Of a DNA stretch of 64,000 bases, positions 53,285 through 64,000 are shown one piece after another. Under the pieces are notes generated by a model. It ran no database searches and had not been told where the DNA came from. It saw nothing but the letters and a program-made list of their open reading frames with translations. Source of the DNA: Phoronis australis (taxonomy: Eukaryota > Animalia > Phoronida). The stretch is taken from the NCBI GenBank assembly GCA_002633005.1, contig NMRA01000548.1, positions 1 through 64,000 of the forward strand. Direction: 5' to 3'. The position numbers and the translations under genes are program-made. Positions within the stretch are counted from its first letter, which is position 1. The number at the start of each line of letters is the position of its first letter.

Positions 53285-56200
53285 CATATATATATAGTCA
53301 TTCACAGGCGCGGTGTTATTCCTGGCCACAGTCGCTTTCTAAGGTTGTTGACTCCCGTGATAATGCAAAACATAAATATAGGCGATAGTCTTACTCGGCG
53401 GAACAGATGTTCAATATGCAGTCCACTCCGAAAAATCAAAGTATTGCCACTCTTCCATTGCAGATGCTGATCGAGACCAGTTTAACCATGCAGTTTCCAA
53501 AAATCAAATTTGCACCACGGATACAGTTTCTACCAGACATTATGCCAGCAGACGAACCAGTGGACCCTTGGGATGATATTCGGCAAAACTGTCACAAGAA
53601 ATGTCCGTTCGGTTTAGAGACAGACGTTGAGGGCCGACCAATGTGCTCATGTAGAGATCCTTGTGAGGTAAACATTTGTGACACGCCTATTCTCATATCA
53701 ATCAAATACGTTTGGGCTCATTTATTGGAAGCTGGCCAAAGCGCGCTCTGGTGGCCGACAGCAGACTGGTGTTTGAAAACAAGAGTCCAATTTTTGTTAT
53801 CTAATTCCATGTAAACCAATCGTAACGAGGCAGTAATTTATCACCATATTATAATCTTTATCAGACACATGCAACCCTGACTGCACTCATATTTGTGTAA
53901 TTACATGCAATGCCCAAGGTATGAAATCTTTCTGGTAGTAATTTTAAAAACACAGCTAACCAAAGGTCTCCAATGAGACGGCTGATCAGGAAGACTAAAC
54001 TCACGTCATCTCCCATTGTTCAAATAATCGTCTCCAGCTTTATAGTATTTCAAACACGTTGCTCGAACACTGTGATCACCGTAATACGGTTAATCTATTT
54101 ACCAAGAAAAGAATGCTTGGCACCGTAGCATTGCTATATAACGGCACACAAATTCAGAAACCCGGCCATCGTCTCACAGGATCTCGTAGAAGGCAGCCGA
54201 ATGTATCACCAATTTCGCCACATTGTAGTATTACTGGAAAGAACACGATGGTCTCCAGCTGAAATTATGAATACGGTACCCCAAGTCAGTCGGGCCTATT
54301 CATAGTACAGAATTCCTGCTTGTACACCACCACTAAAAGCAATGAAAACGTAGTATATAATTGAATTAACAGAAACTATGTGACCTTGTTGTGCCCCCGG
54401 TAGGGAGTAGCAGTTGATTCTACCATGGAAGTAAATTAGACAGTTATTGGCGCGTGGGCGTCTACACGTGCAAGAGACACCCCAGCAACAGATTGTATGA
54501 TGCTGGGTCGGAAATTTGAACAGGAAATATCTCCGAACCTATTGTTCACACCTCGGAAGTTGGAATGAAATCAAAAGAAATAAATTATGAAATGAAACAG
54601 GAATAATTTTATTGGACACAGGCAACGGGAATAGTTTGAAGGTGGTTAGAAGCAGATAATTTTCATAAAAATACGAGGTTTAATTCGATATGAGACGGTT
54701 TGGTTAGTGACAATCGATGTCTGACAACGCACAATATAGCAGATATCTACAGAAGAAATGAGGGCCAACTACGCGCTTGTGTTCAAAAGGTTCATTGAAG
54801 TTGCCTCAGTCAGCAACCTGCACAAAGTGTTTCCTTAAGTTCGGAAGTACAGTAATGACAATCTCATGTTTCATTTCCAGAGTGTTAGATGCATGCACGG
54901 ATTCCAGTGTGTACCACAAAAAACAGACGAGTGTGTGGAAGGATTCTGTAAATACGAAGCCACATGTAAAGGTAGGTGCTAATTCGGGCATATGCCAATC
55001 GTCTGATTGGTTTTAACCCATAAAACGGAGGAATCTCACGCTACAAATTAAAATGTTCCCAGGCAGCTTTCAACGTCTTTTTAAACGTGTTTCTAAATAA
55101 ACGCTCACGTACGCGCAACTTCTGCGAAGGATTAAATTTCAAAAGCACCAACTTTGTTGGCCACTGCGAACTAAATTATATCAACCACATGAAAACCGGT
55201 CAACAAGCAACGAAGCTCAGACACGCAGTGGAACCGACTGATGTCTATTTTTACAACTAATTATCGCAAAACACTCGACTCTGTCACCATGTTTTACTGT
55301 GGTTACCAGCCTACTACCAGACGGTTTTAGGAATGTCACCGAGCCATTTAGGATAGAGAGATCAAGTGCTTTTGATATTGAGAAGTTGTCGAATATCAAA
55401 TCACGCCACTAAAGGGAAACCGATGAAACTCTTTATAAACTTGGCAACACTAAGATACGGAGTGTGCGCCAGTTTTGAATTGAAACTCTATTACAAAACA
55501 AAATATCGAAACCGTTTTACATATTTTTTTCAAGAGGAGCTACCTCCCCTGCGCAGCACATTTCAACGTGATGCTTATCAATTACGTGATGGAATTATTA
55601 AGCAAATTAGTTAATGGGATTCCAAACACAAACTGACATTTTAATTCTGTTTTAATTATTCTGGTCGCATTCAAAAACATGTCTACCACCACCTGGGAGC
55701 ATGAGGTCAGTGTTATTAAAACGAAATAAAGTAAATTCAAAATGACATAAAACCTCAGCCGGCATTTCAGAATGTAGGAAAAAGTGGAAGGTGGACTGGA
55801 ATAAAACTTACGTATTTTTAGATAGCAAAATATAATCAACACGGTTCTAATGTCTATTTTCAGATATCGACATTTGTGAAATGCCGAGACCCTCGCCATC
55901 GGATACAGATATTTGTGACGAAAAAACACGACGCTACTTTTATGACGCAACGAGAAAGAGGTGTCGCAAATTTGTTGGATGTGGACTCGTGTTCGGGAAC
56001 AACTTTGCCTCAAGAAGGGACTGTAAACGGGAATGCATCAAAAGGCCTCTTAGGAAAGGTAGGACTTCCGGATGTAACAAATCGCGAATTCCGCGAACAC
56101 TTAAAACACATTTGTTAAACCAGCTACACATAACTATCAACATTCCGCTGGACATCGTTTTGTTTTAACAGAACTTTGCTATTATTAAGGACAATAGAAG

Positions 56201-56747
56201 TAGCCACGCCGGTCACGTGTATAAGGCATTTCTTCAAGTTAGTGAAACGTCACCACAAGACAGGGTCACGTGGCCATATACGGTAAAAACACTGAATTGT
56301 GTGTTGGTTGTTCCGGAAAGGAGTTGCACATCTGTTATGGCAGCGGTTGAAATTGTTTAGAAAACGAAATATTGTAAATAATTTCTTATTGCGAGTCATA
56401 AAACATTTGCTTCTGAACCTTATACTACGACCAAACCGTGACACGAACTATATTTTCTTTCAGTTTTCAAGAAACTAATGAAAAATAACAACAAGAATAA
56501 GAAGTTAGACAAGGAGACCAGACGCCGCTTACAGAAAGCAGACAAGTACAAGATCAACTTGGGTCGCCTGCTCCCAAGGAAGTTCCTGTGTCCAGCGGGT
56601 GCGCCCATTGACGACACGTGCTCTGCTAGTCCTTGCGCGAGGTGCAAGAGTTCAAAGATCATTTGTATTCCCACATTCTGCGGCAAGTGTAGTGCAATTT
56701 TCATTCATAAAAGAACGGGTCGCATATCACATACGTGTCCTTTATAG
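51003..56747 (+). CDS. Predicted secreted cysteine-rich protein with antistasin-like and atypical Kunitz/BPTI domains (~271 aa, 5 exons)
   Basis: Phase-consistent GT-AG exons: 51003-51044 (MDATVLTLRLTALL), 53464-53667 (MLIETSLT...CHKKCPFGLETDVEGRPMCSCRDPCE), 54881-54971 (SVRCMHGFQCVPQKTDECVEGFCKYEATCK), 55864-56058 (ICEMPRP...CDEKTRRYFYDATRKRCRKFVGCGLVFGNNFASRRDCKREC) and 56464-56747 (basic linker then CPAG...HTCPL*); 816 nt in total. Kunitz hallmarks RYFYD...C..F...C...NNF....C...C are present. Exon 1 is the least certain. Confidence 0.8.
53253..53296. repeat. (CA)n/(TA)n microsatellite in intron 1 of the Kunitz-domain gene
   Basis: An AC dinucleotide run with one interruption, followed by a TA run. 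Confidence 0.9.
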
Positions 56748-58533
56748 AAAAGTTCAGGAGCAAATTGCGGAGACTGAGGAAGAAAAGACGCAACACAGAG
56801 AAACCGACGTGCCTAAAGAAAACACAGCTATGGTGTTGTAAAACGTCAAGGCAACTGAATTTCATTACGTTCTGCTCACGGGTAAATCTTGCTATCATTA
56901 TTACGGAAACCGAGTGCGGTGCACTTGCAGTTTCTAACCGCCCAGTGCAAGCATTCGGAATCCGGTAAATATGTGCCAACGCACAGACAGGATATTTATT
57001 TGGTATATTTGTAAATATAGTTATATATTTTTATACGGTAGGGAGATATTTAAAACATGTGTCTATTGTGATGTGATACAAGTGTTCTGCTGAGCTCCAA
57101 GCCTGCTATTTAGAACATGCTTCTGATGTCTGTATGTCTGTCGCCGTGTATGTATTTGTCCTAAGAGTTGCAATGTTGTTAGCTTAAATAACGCAGGACA
57201 ATTCAACCTGCATATTCCGGTATATAGTACGTCCAATCATATTTTAGCATTTGTGGCGCCAGACAATAATGGCATGTGGCGTCGACGCCGTATGATATGG
57301 TGTAGACAATAACTGTATAACAGTTTAGGACTAATCTATGACGAAGCTATGTGAAACAAGCTTGAAATGCTTTCAGTTGATTTTCCTAGAAACAGAACCT
57401 TCGTTCTAGCCTCTTAGGACAGGCATGCAAACAAAGAATACGCGTGCTCGCCATTGAAAACATAGCTAAACTTGCTATATATTTTATAGAAAAAACTGTT
57501 CACGCATGTGAGTGAACAAGAGACGAATTTATCATGTAAAATGTTTGCCATATTTATTTATTTATTTATTTACTATCAAGTGACTTTATCAAACAGTACT
57601 ATGGTTGCACCAAGAGTAACATAATCTATATGCACTCATATCATGAATGGCAAATATTTCAGCTATACAGATTTCCGTATTAACTTATGGTAATATCACT
57701 TTGGAAATGCGTGTATGAAAAAAACAACAACTGGGAAATATAGGGAATAACAAGGACTAAATTTTATTGGCATCACTTAATTCCCTCCAGTGTGGACAAG
57801 AATATTATGAAGTCATTCGCAATGACAATATTGCTTGATGTCATCTATTGTTATTGCTCTAGATAATGAACTAAAAATGTAACCACTTCCTTTATGTGGG
57901 ATGTCAGAAATGCAGGATGGGAAAAGCAGGAAACCTATTTTCACAACGTAGTGACGCAAAGTTTTGTAAGCAGGTGGTGATCGCGGGATGTTTCCACATC
58001 CTGTAGAGTTGAAAATAGTTTCTATTTTTATTGGAGTGACGATTCTGATGTCATGCTGTGACGTCACTAACAGCATAATGTATCATTGTGAAATGAAGCG
58101 ACTGTGATATGTAAGTTTTTAATAAAAACAAACCGAAAATTGACATCATTGGCCTTCTTGTCTAAGAAATGGATTACAATGATAGGCTACAACAGAAAAA
58201 TGTTGCTTCTAAAAGTTCTAAAAACTAGAAAGTTTTAGAACTGAATTTACTAGAGAGGAATGTCACAAGTAAAGAACATGACAAAACAAAGAATTGTGCA
58301 TATTTTATTGATAAATGTGATTCCTTCAGTCACACAGTTTGATGAAAAGCTTGAGAATCAAAAGTAAAAGAGATTTTTTATAATAGAAATAAGCATTTTT
58401 TTATGAAACAGAATTAAACCTAACAATAATGATGTGTATCCAAAGAATGACGGAGAGAGCCAAAACCAGACTCTTAAAATCTTTTGCAAGAAGAGTCTGG
58501 AACACAGATGCAGACACAATCCAAAAATTCATT

Positions 58534-61500
58534 TCAGCCCAAGTCCAGGAGTTCTGCATTGCACCCACAGGGGTTAGCACATTCCAGCACATTGTTCCAC
58601 ATGTCAATCATTTCTGATGGAGTCAATTCAGGGATAGCTAGGAGATCTTGTGTGCAAGATTTTTCACACAACAAACCATCGTGCTGCAATGAAAAAATTT
58701 CTCTAGTCATTGCACGTTTACATAATAATAAAAACTCAGACATGTACTACAACTTCGTAAGGGGATGTCTACGTAAGGGGATGTCTACGTAAGGGGATGT
58801 CTACGTAAGGGGATGTCTACGTAAGGGGATGTCTACGTAAGGGGATGTCTACGTAAGGGGATGTCTACGTAAGGGGATGTCTACGTAAGGGGATGTCAAT
58901 GTAAAGGGATGTCTACGTAAGGGGATGTCAGTGTATTTAGCCAAATATCTAGAAAACCAGATTTCAGCTCAGTAAAAGTAGAGTTTACTTTTTCAATTTT
59001 ACTAATCTGTCATTGATAAATTGTGTCACGTGACCAAGTCTTTTTTAGGAAAAAAGAAAAGTACATTGACCAAAACGAGGGTATCAATAACAAAAATGAA
59101 CACCTAAAAAATTCCTGACAGCCTTTCCGGTTACACTGCATAAAGCATAGGACCAGAAAGTTTCATATGATCTGAATTAGATCTGGTATTTCTGAGATAA
59201 GATGTTCTGAAGTTAGATTTGGTCACTTTCCTAAGATCCTACTTTTTCTCATCAATCTGACACTTCTGACTGAAAAGAGACAGTGTAAAGCACTTTACCT
59301 TAAGTTATAATTTCTTGTGTCTGTAAAATTGTACTGGGTATCCAGTGGCAGATTTATGGGGGGCAAGGGGGCCATGGCGCCCCCTAAAATTCTTCCACAT
59401 TCCATTTGGCAGTTGGGTGGTGCGAATGTCCTATGGGCAAAATCCTGGCTAATACTCTGCCCTGGCCCCCCTAACTCAAAATCCTGGATCCGCCACAGGC
59501 AAACTATGTTTGCATACCAATTTGAAACAAATGGAGTTTGCCTTCAGAACTAACAGAGAACATGCCATACTTGTCGAGGATAACATGCTTAACTTAGCAT
59601 AGATGCTTAAAAGTGAAAATTTGTAAATTTCACAACCAAACAATATTAAAGCCAAACATGGGGCCCAGTAAGCCAAATTTCACAAAGATGATTAGATGGA
59701 TAGCCACAAAAACAGTGCAAAGAATCTGTGATGCAGCTAGCTCACCTGAATATAGCGGGGTCCTACGGCACTTAACCATATTCCCATGGAAACGTCTTCA
59801 CCCTAAAAAGATTTTTAAAATATAAGATTCTGAATAGTAACACCTAACAACTGTGATGGAACAAAAGCTGCACAACAATGAAAAGAGAGTTTTCGTCATT
59901 TCTAAAAGTCAGACACAAGTTATTAACTTTTTTCACTACGGTAACCAGTGTTTGTAGAGCTGCATTTTTCAGCATCCATTAAATTTTAAGGTGCAACTAC
60001 CAACAGGTATCAGTGGTCAATGAAGAAGCACAAATGGGTTTTGACAGAAATGCATACTTTGTCAGACATTTCTAATTTGAAATCCGAATCGTTCTGAGTT
60101 TGAGTCAAACATAGGCAACGGAATTTCTTCAAAACATCAAACGAGAAACAAATGAAAAAAATTATTTTGGTTTGGGATTTGGTAAAATTGCCATCCTGTG
60201 GTCTGGCGCCATTACGTAGTTGTCTTCCATAAAATATACGGTTTACTAGGTCAAGACTGGGCAAGTACCCAACTCGCCAATTGGTGCGCTTGACAGTGAA
60301 TGGGTTTGTCGACAAAAGGTCCATCTGCCAATGAAAGAGTTTCAGAGACAATAAACCTGCCTTGCACCACAAAAACTAACTTAATTTAGACCACTGTTGG
60401 TTATGAAATTGGCTTCCAATTCAGAGGATTTCGTCTACGGTGCTGGTGTCATTTTTTGAATGCATTGTGGGATGATTGTATCATAATCATCCACTGACAT
60501 CACTGAAATTTTGGGGATATGTACAAACCTGGTCTGCATTCTGTAGCAACTAGTATTTAGCGACCAACGCTAATGACAATCATGTACTTCCCCGCTTGCA
60601 CTGTAGGCAATATATGGCAGTGATGTGTAATCTGATATTTTCCAGAATTTCTTGGGTCTACAGAATACAGGTTGTGTTTTACATGAGACTTATCTTCAGC
60701 CTAATCGGATAGTACATATTTCGAGAATCTTTTGCCCAAAACACTTGCAAAAAGTTTATGTATTCATTCGATGCATTAGCAACTCGCTTCCGTTTCTTAT
60801 TCTTACATGATTATTGTACACGTAGTCATACTCTTTCACAAAAAGCATGTTGCAGCGGACCTCAAGTGACAAGTGCTGTTTTTTGACATATTGTTTACAA
60901 GTCACCAAGTTTTCAGTGACGTCAGTAGATGTTTACAAGCCTACAGCTGACCCACAATGTATTTGAAAAATGACAACAGCGCCATAGACGAGATCCTTTG
61001 CATTTTTCCTCAGTCAAATTTGAGGCAATTTATGGGCTTGGAAAGACCAGAAAGATCTTGATTGCTAAGATCAGGCTATCCAGGTTGGCTGGTTATAGCG
61101 GGTCATTTTATGTACCGAACAGGGTCTTAGGCAATACGTAACTGTAAATTTTTTTCAAACATTTCTCATCTAAGTTAGGATTAAAAAGAATTTGCACGTT
61201 CATAGTGGTGATTTAAAGCAAAAACAACAAAAGCTACCTGAAAGATTTCTAAGTGGTCAGAATTTGACGATATCCATTCAGCCAGGTCCAATGACAATAC
61301 ATAGCCCACTCCACAAGCAAACTTTGGATATGACAGAGCAGTGTATTTATGCTCCGCCCATTTTCCATAAGGTTCCACCTTCCAGTCATAACGGAAACTG
61401 CAACAAATGCATGATATTGCACAAAGCGGTGAGTAGAATATAAACTCTTGACTCTAAATGCAAAAACTCAGCTACCGAGAATAAAATTAAAAATATAAAT

Positions 61501-64000
61501 ACATTTCTTACATCAACAAAAATGCGCAGTTTAATTGTTTTGGCAACAATGTAATTTGCAATGTAGCAAAATCAGGTACTCATCCAATTTTGTACAAAAA
61601 CTTGGGGTGTATTTTCAATCCATAAAATCAATCTTGAAATGTGTCACTTCCAAGTAAAACAATCAAGGGTGCGTATCTCATTAAACCTTTAATATGTAAA
61701 TTAACTACCTAGGATGTTGCAGTTTGATGAGTCCGTAGTGGTCCACCTGAAGTTTAAACCTCCTTTTAAGTCCCAATTTTGCAACTGTATTTCATGCTAC
61801 TATGTGTGCCCCCTCTATTTGTGGAAATTTAATAGTGGTGAATGAAAGACCATGCAAGACTGGCCAAGACCGTGATTAAAAAGGACTTTTAAGTTAAAGG
61901 GGTTTCACATCGAGCCTGCAGAGAGTTGCATTGTGCTGTGTACAGAGTATGCTGCCTATTCATGAAAAAATGTTGCTGTGCGCACGATTGATGGAGTCAT
62001 AGGCTGGTGTATTTGTCAGACTGGCGAAAATTAGCGTACAACTGTGACAAGCAAAGCGATAAGGGAAGGGTTAGTGATGCTGACGTTTTAAGCACTTTAA
62101 GGTTATGTAGGACTCCAGAAAAATGTCCAAATTTGTCTACCTTCAAAACAACATTTCATGAACACTGATATGAAACAAAATTTGATCATGTTACTGATAC
62201 TGTTGTTTCGCTATCAATGTACTTTAACCTTTCTTTTTTGCTAAATTTCACTAAAGACATGGCCACGTGCGTCACTTAGTGGCAGACTGGTAGAAAGTCA
62301 AAAATCAAATTCTCCAGGCTTTTTATTTTCACTATAGAGTACTGAGTTAAAATTGATAGTTTTGCAGATATTTCACTAAACACAGACTTGTTAATTTATT
62401 TATTTATTGTAAAATTTAAAATGAAGGTGGCCTCTTCAGTGACAGCATTGCTTTCCAAGAGGACCCTACATAACCTAAAATACTTATCTAACTACCTGAG
62501 CAGGCAAAGGTGGCCACTATTTCAATTGATCAAAACTTCACCCCAAACAGGCTCACGTACTTTCCCAGCCAAATCTTCCTCTCATTACTCAGACTAGTAA
62601 TGAAATCGATGATAGCATCAATGTTCACATAACAATCGTCATCAGTCTTCAACAGGTATTCATAAGATATGTTGTTTGCCCTTAACCTGCAAATTACGAG
62701 GGTAATTTGTCTCAGGTACATGTATTTGAACTTAGAACATCATTAAAATAACTGGAGGATTTGAAGGAAAAAGATGATAGACAGAATCATAGACTTTCAA
62801 CGTACAACTGAGAAAACTGAATGTAGAATAAATTGGTTCCGATTCATCAGCTAAAAACCCTTTTCAGGAAAATTTTCAAAGCAATTAACCTGCAAACTGT
62901 TTGTAAATGTTCCTTAGTCTCTAGTCAATATTTGCAAAGCCAGAGAAGTGTGCAGCAACCAGGTTTTAGTACTCGAAGGTGAATGAGTGAACCAAGCAAA
63001 TTTAATTGCCTTTCAAATTCTATAAAATGTTACCATTGGATTGAATGACATTTTATGGCAGAATGAAAGTAACAAGACAATTATCAAACCCATCTCTTAT
63101 ACCCTTATCATCACAGTGATTTTAAAAATACTGATGATTTCCCCAACTTTAATTATTGTATTGTACCCCAAAGGCTGATAAACCAGGTAAATTTTCGCAA
63201 CTGGATTGACTCAACCCAACAAGATTCTTTTGTCTGCTTGGAAAGTTTTCTTCCAAATTTTATTTGCTGTTTCAGAAGAAAGAATATTACAACATGCAAC
63301 TCCAAAACACAACAAATGTCATAAATAGCCTTCTTGGAGAACCCTTCAAGGCTTACTAGCCAGCTGCCTTGATTTTACTATGGAGATGCATCATTCTGTA
63401 CCTGGCACCAGCGAAGATCTGTGCAATAATTGTCCTGGAAATTCTATAGAACTTGTATTCTCAAATAAAATGGAAAAATATCATCTCTAGGCATTCAGCA
63501 CATAAATAATTATATACCGATCTTTGCAGTAAACACTGCCAAGAACTGTAAAAAAATATTAGCCTGCCAAAACTGAGTAGAAACATTTCGAGAATTAAAT
63601 TTCTGCATTTTATTTTAACCCTTTTCAATTCAAACAAAGGATAAAAACACAACGCTGCTTTAGACACGACAACAAGGTTTATGACAGATTAATACTGAAT
63701 GCTAAAATCTCAATTTCTATAGTTAAAGGTCACACCCAACAGAAACATATCCAGTAACAGACTGAAGAGGTCTCTTTGTTCACAAAAAAATAACCCAATA
63801 ACGACAGTCTTCAGGAGTTATTACCATTTCAAGAACTCAAGCACCTTCTGTGGCAGATTCCTGTACACGTCCACCGTGTCCACAATAACTATATCATGGT
63901 GCTGCTCAATTTCCCGATGCAGGGTTGTCTTCTCAGCCACCAGTTTCTCAGTGTGTTGAGCAAGTCTCATCTCTTGACCTTCAATGTGTGATGACACATT
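58534..64000 (-). CDS. B3GALNT2: UDP-GalNAc:beta-1,3-N-acetylgalactosaminyltransferase 2 (GT31), last five coding exons, 5'-partial
   Basis: Exons 64000-63825 (...DIVIVDTVDVYRNLPQKVLEFLKW), 62686-62561 (YEYLLKTDDDCYVNID...WLGN), 61397-61238 (FRYDWKVEPYGKWAEHKYTALSYPKFACGVGYVLS...FQ), 59802-59746 (GEDVSMGIWLSAVGPRYIQ) and 58683-58534 (LCEKSC...ECANPCGC...*). All are GT-AG and in phase. The KTDDD, YP.FACG.GYV and GEDVSMGIW motifs and the C-terminal Cys pattern match B3GALNT2. Confidence 0.93.
58756..58930. repeat. 16-bp minisatellite (CGTAAGGGGATGTCTA) x ~11 in the last intron of B3GALNT2
   Basis: Eight perfect head-to-tail units at 58756-58883 followed by three variant units; no spacers. Confidence 0.95.
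59343..59498. mobile_element. Short GC-ended MITE in a B3GALNT2 intron
   Basis: CAGTGGCAGATTTATGGGGGG ... CCTGGATCCGCCACAG are imperfect inverted termini of the same type as 18549-18711. Confidence 0.5.
60423..60999. mobile_element. ~580 bp MITE with ~110 bp imperfect terminal inverted repeats in a B3GALNT2 intron
   Basis: Left aggatttcgtctacggtgctggtgtcattttttgaatgcattgtggg...actgacatcactgaaattttggggatatgta aligns with the reverse complement of the right end, aggatctcgtctatggcgctgttgtcatttttcaaatacattgtggg...actgacgtcactgaaaacttggtgacttgta. Confidence 0.75.

Noticed and set aside
53308-53343. Extra small exon of the Kunitz-domain gene after ttcacag
   Set aside because: The hydrophobic reading hits TAA, and the phase-0 reading would interrupt the signal peptide; the model is complete without it.
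58756-58930. CRISPR-like array
   Set aside because: The units are head-to-tail with no unique spacers, lie inside a spliceosomal intron, and have no cas genes nearby; it is a minisatellite.

Overview
This is eukaryotic DNA from a bilaterian-type invertebrate: AT-rich, with GT-AG spliced genes and an incompletely assembled scaffold. Four protein-coding genes can be reconstructed by hand. (1) The terminal coding exon of SAYSD1 (+, 1325-1702). (2) A complete 17-exon COG2 (-, 26467-4305, about 728 aa) with a 9.9 kb first intron. (3) A 5-exon, about 271 aa predicted secreted cysteine-rich protein (+, 51003-56747): signal peptide, antistasin-like module, a second Cys module, an atypical Kunitz/BPTI domain, a basic linker and an unnamed C-terminal Cys domain. 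(4) The last five coding exons of B3GALNT2 (-, 64000-58534). The roughly 24 kb between COG2 and the Kunitz gene is visibly CpG-rich and has no credible gene. It holds a decayed Penelope-like GIY-YIG element with a degenerate hammerhead-like tail, several MITE-like elements and a ~410 nt multi-stem structured segment (42381-42787) that I cannot assign. tRNA-derived SINE heads lie in COG2 introns. Three apparent tandem duplications each straddle N residues and are probably haplotype/assembly artefacts. No CRISPR, rRNA or prokaryote-type system is present. The best leads are the orphan structured RNA candidate, the unusual Kunitz-domain protein with its E-box/AP-1/ARE context, and an intronic repeat carrying an array of CTCF-like motifs.
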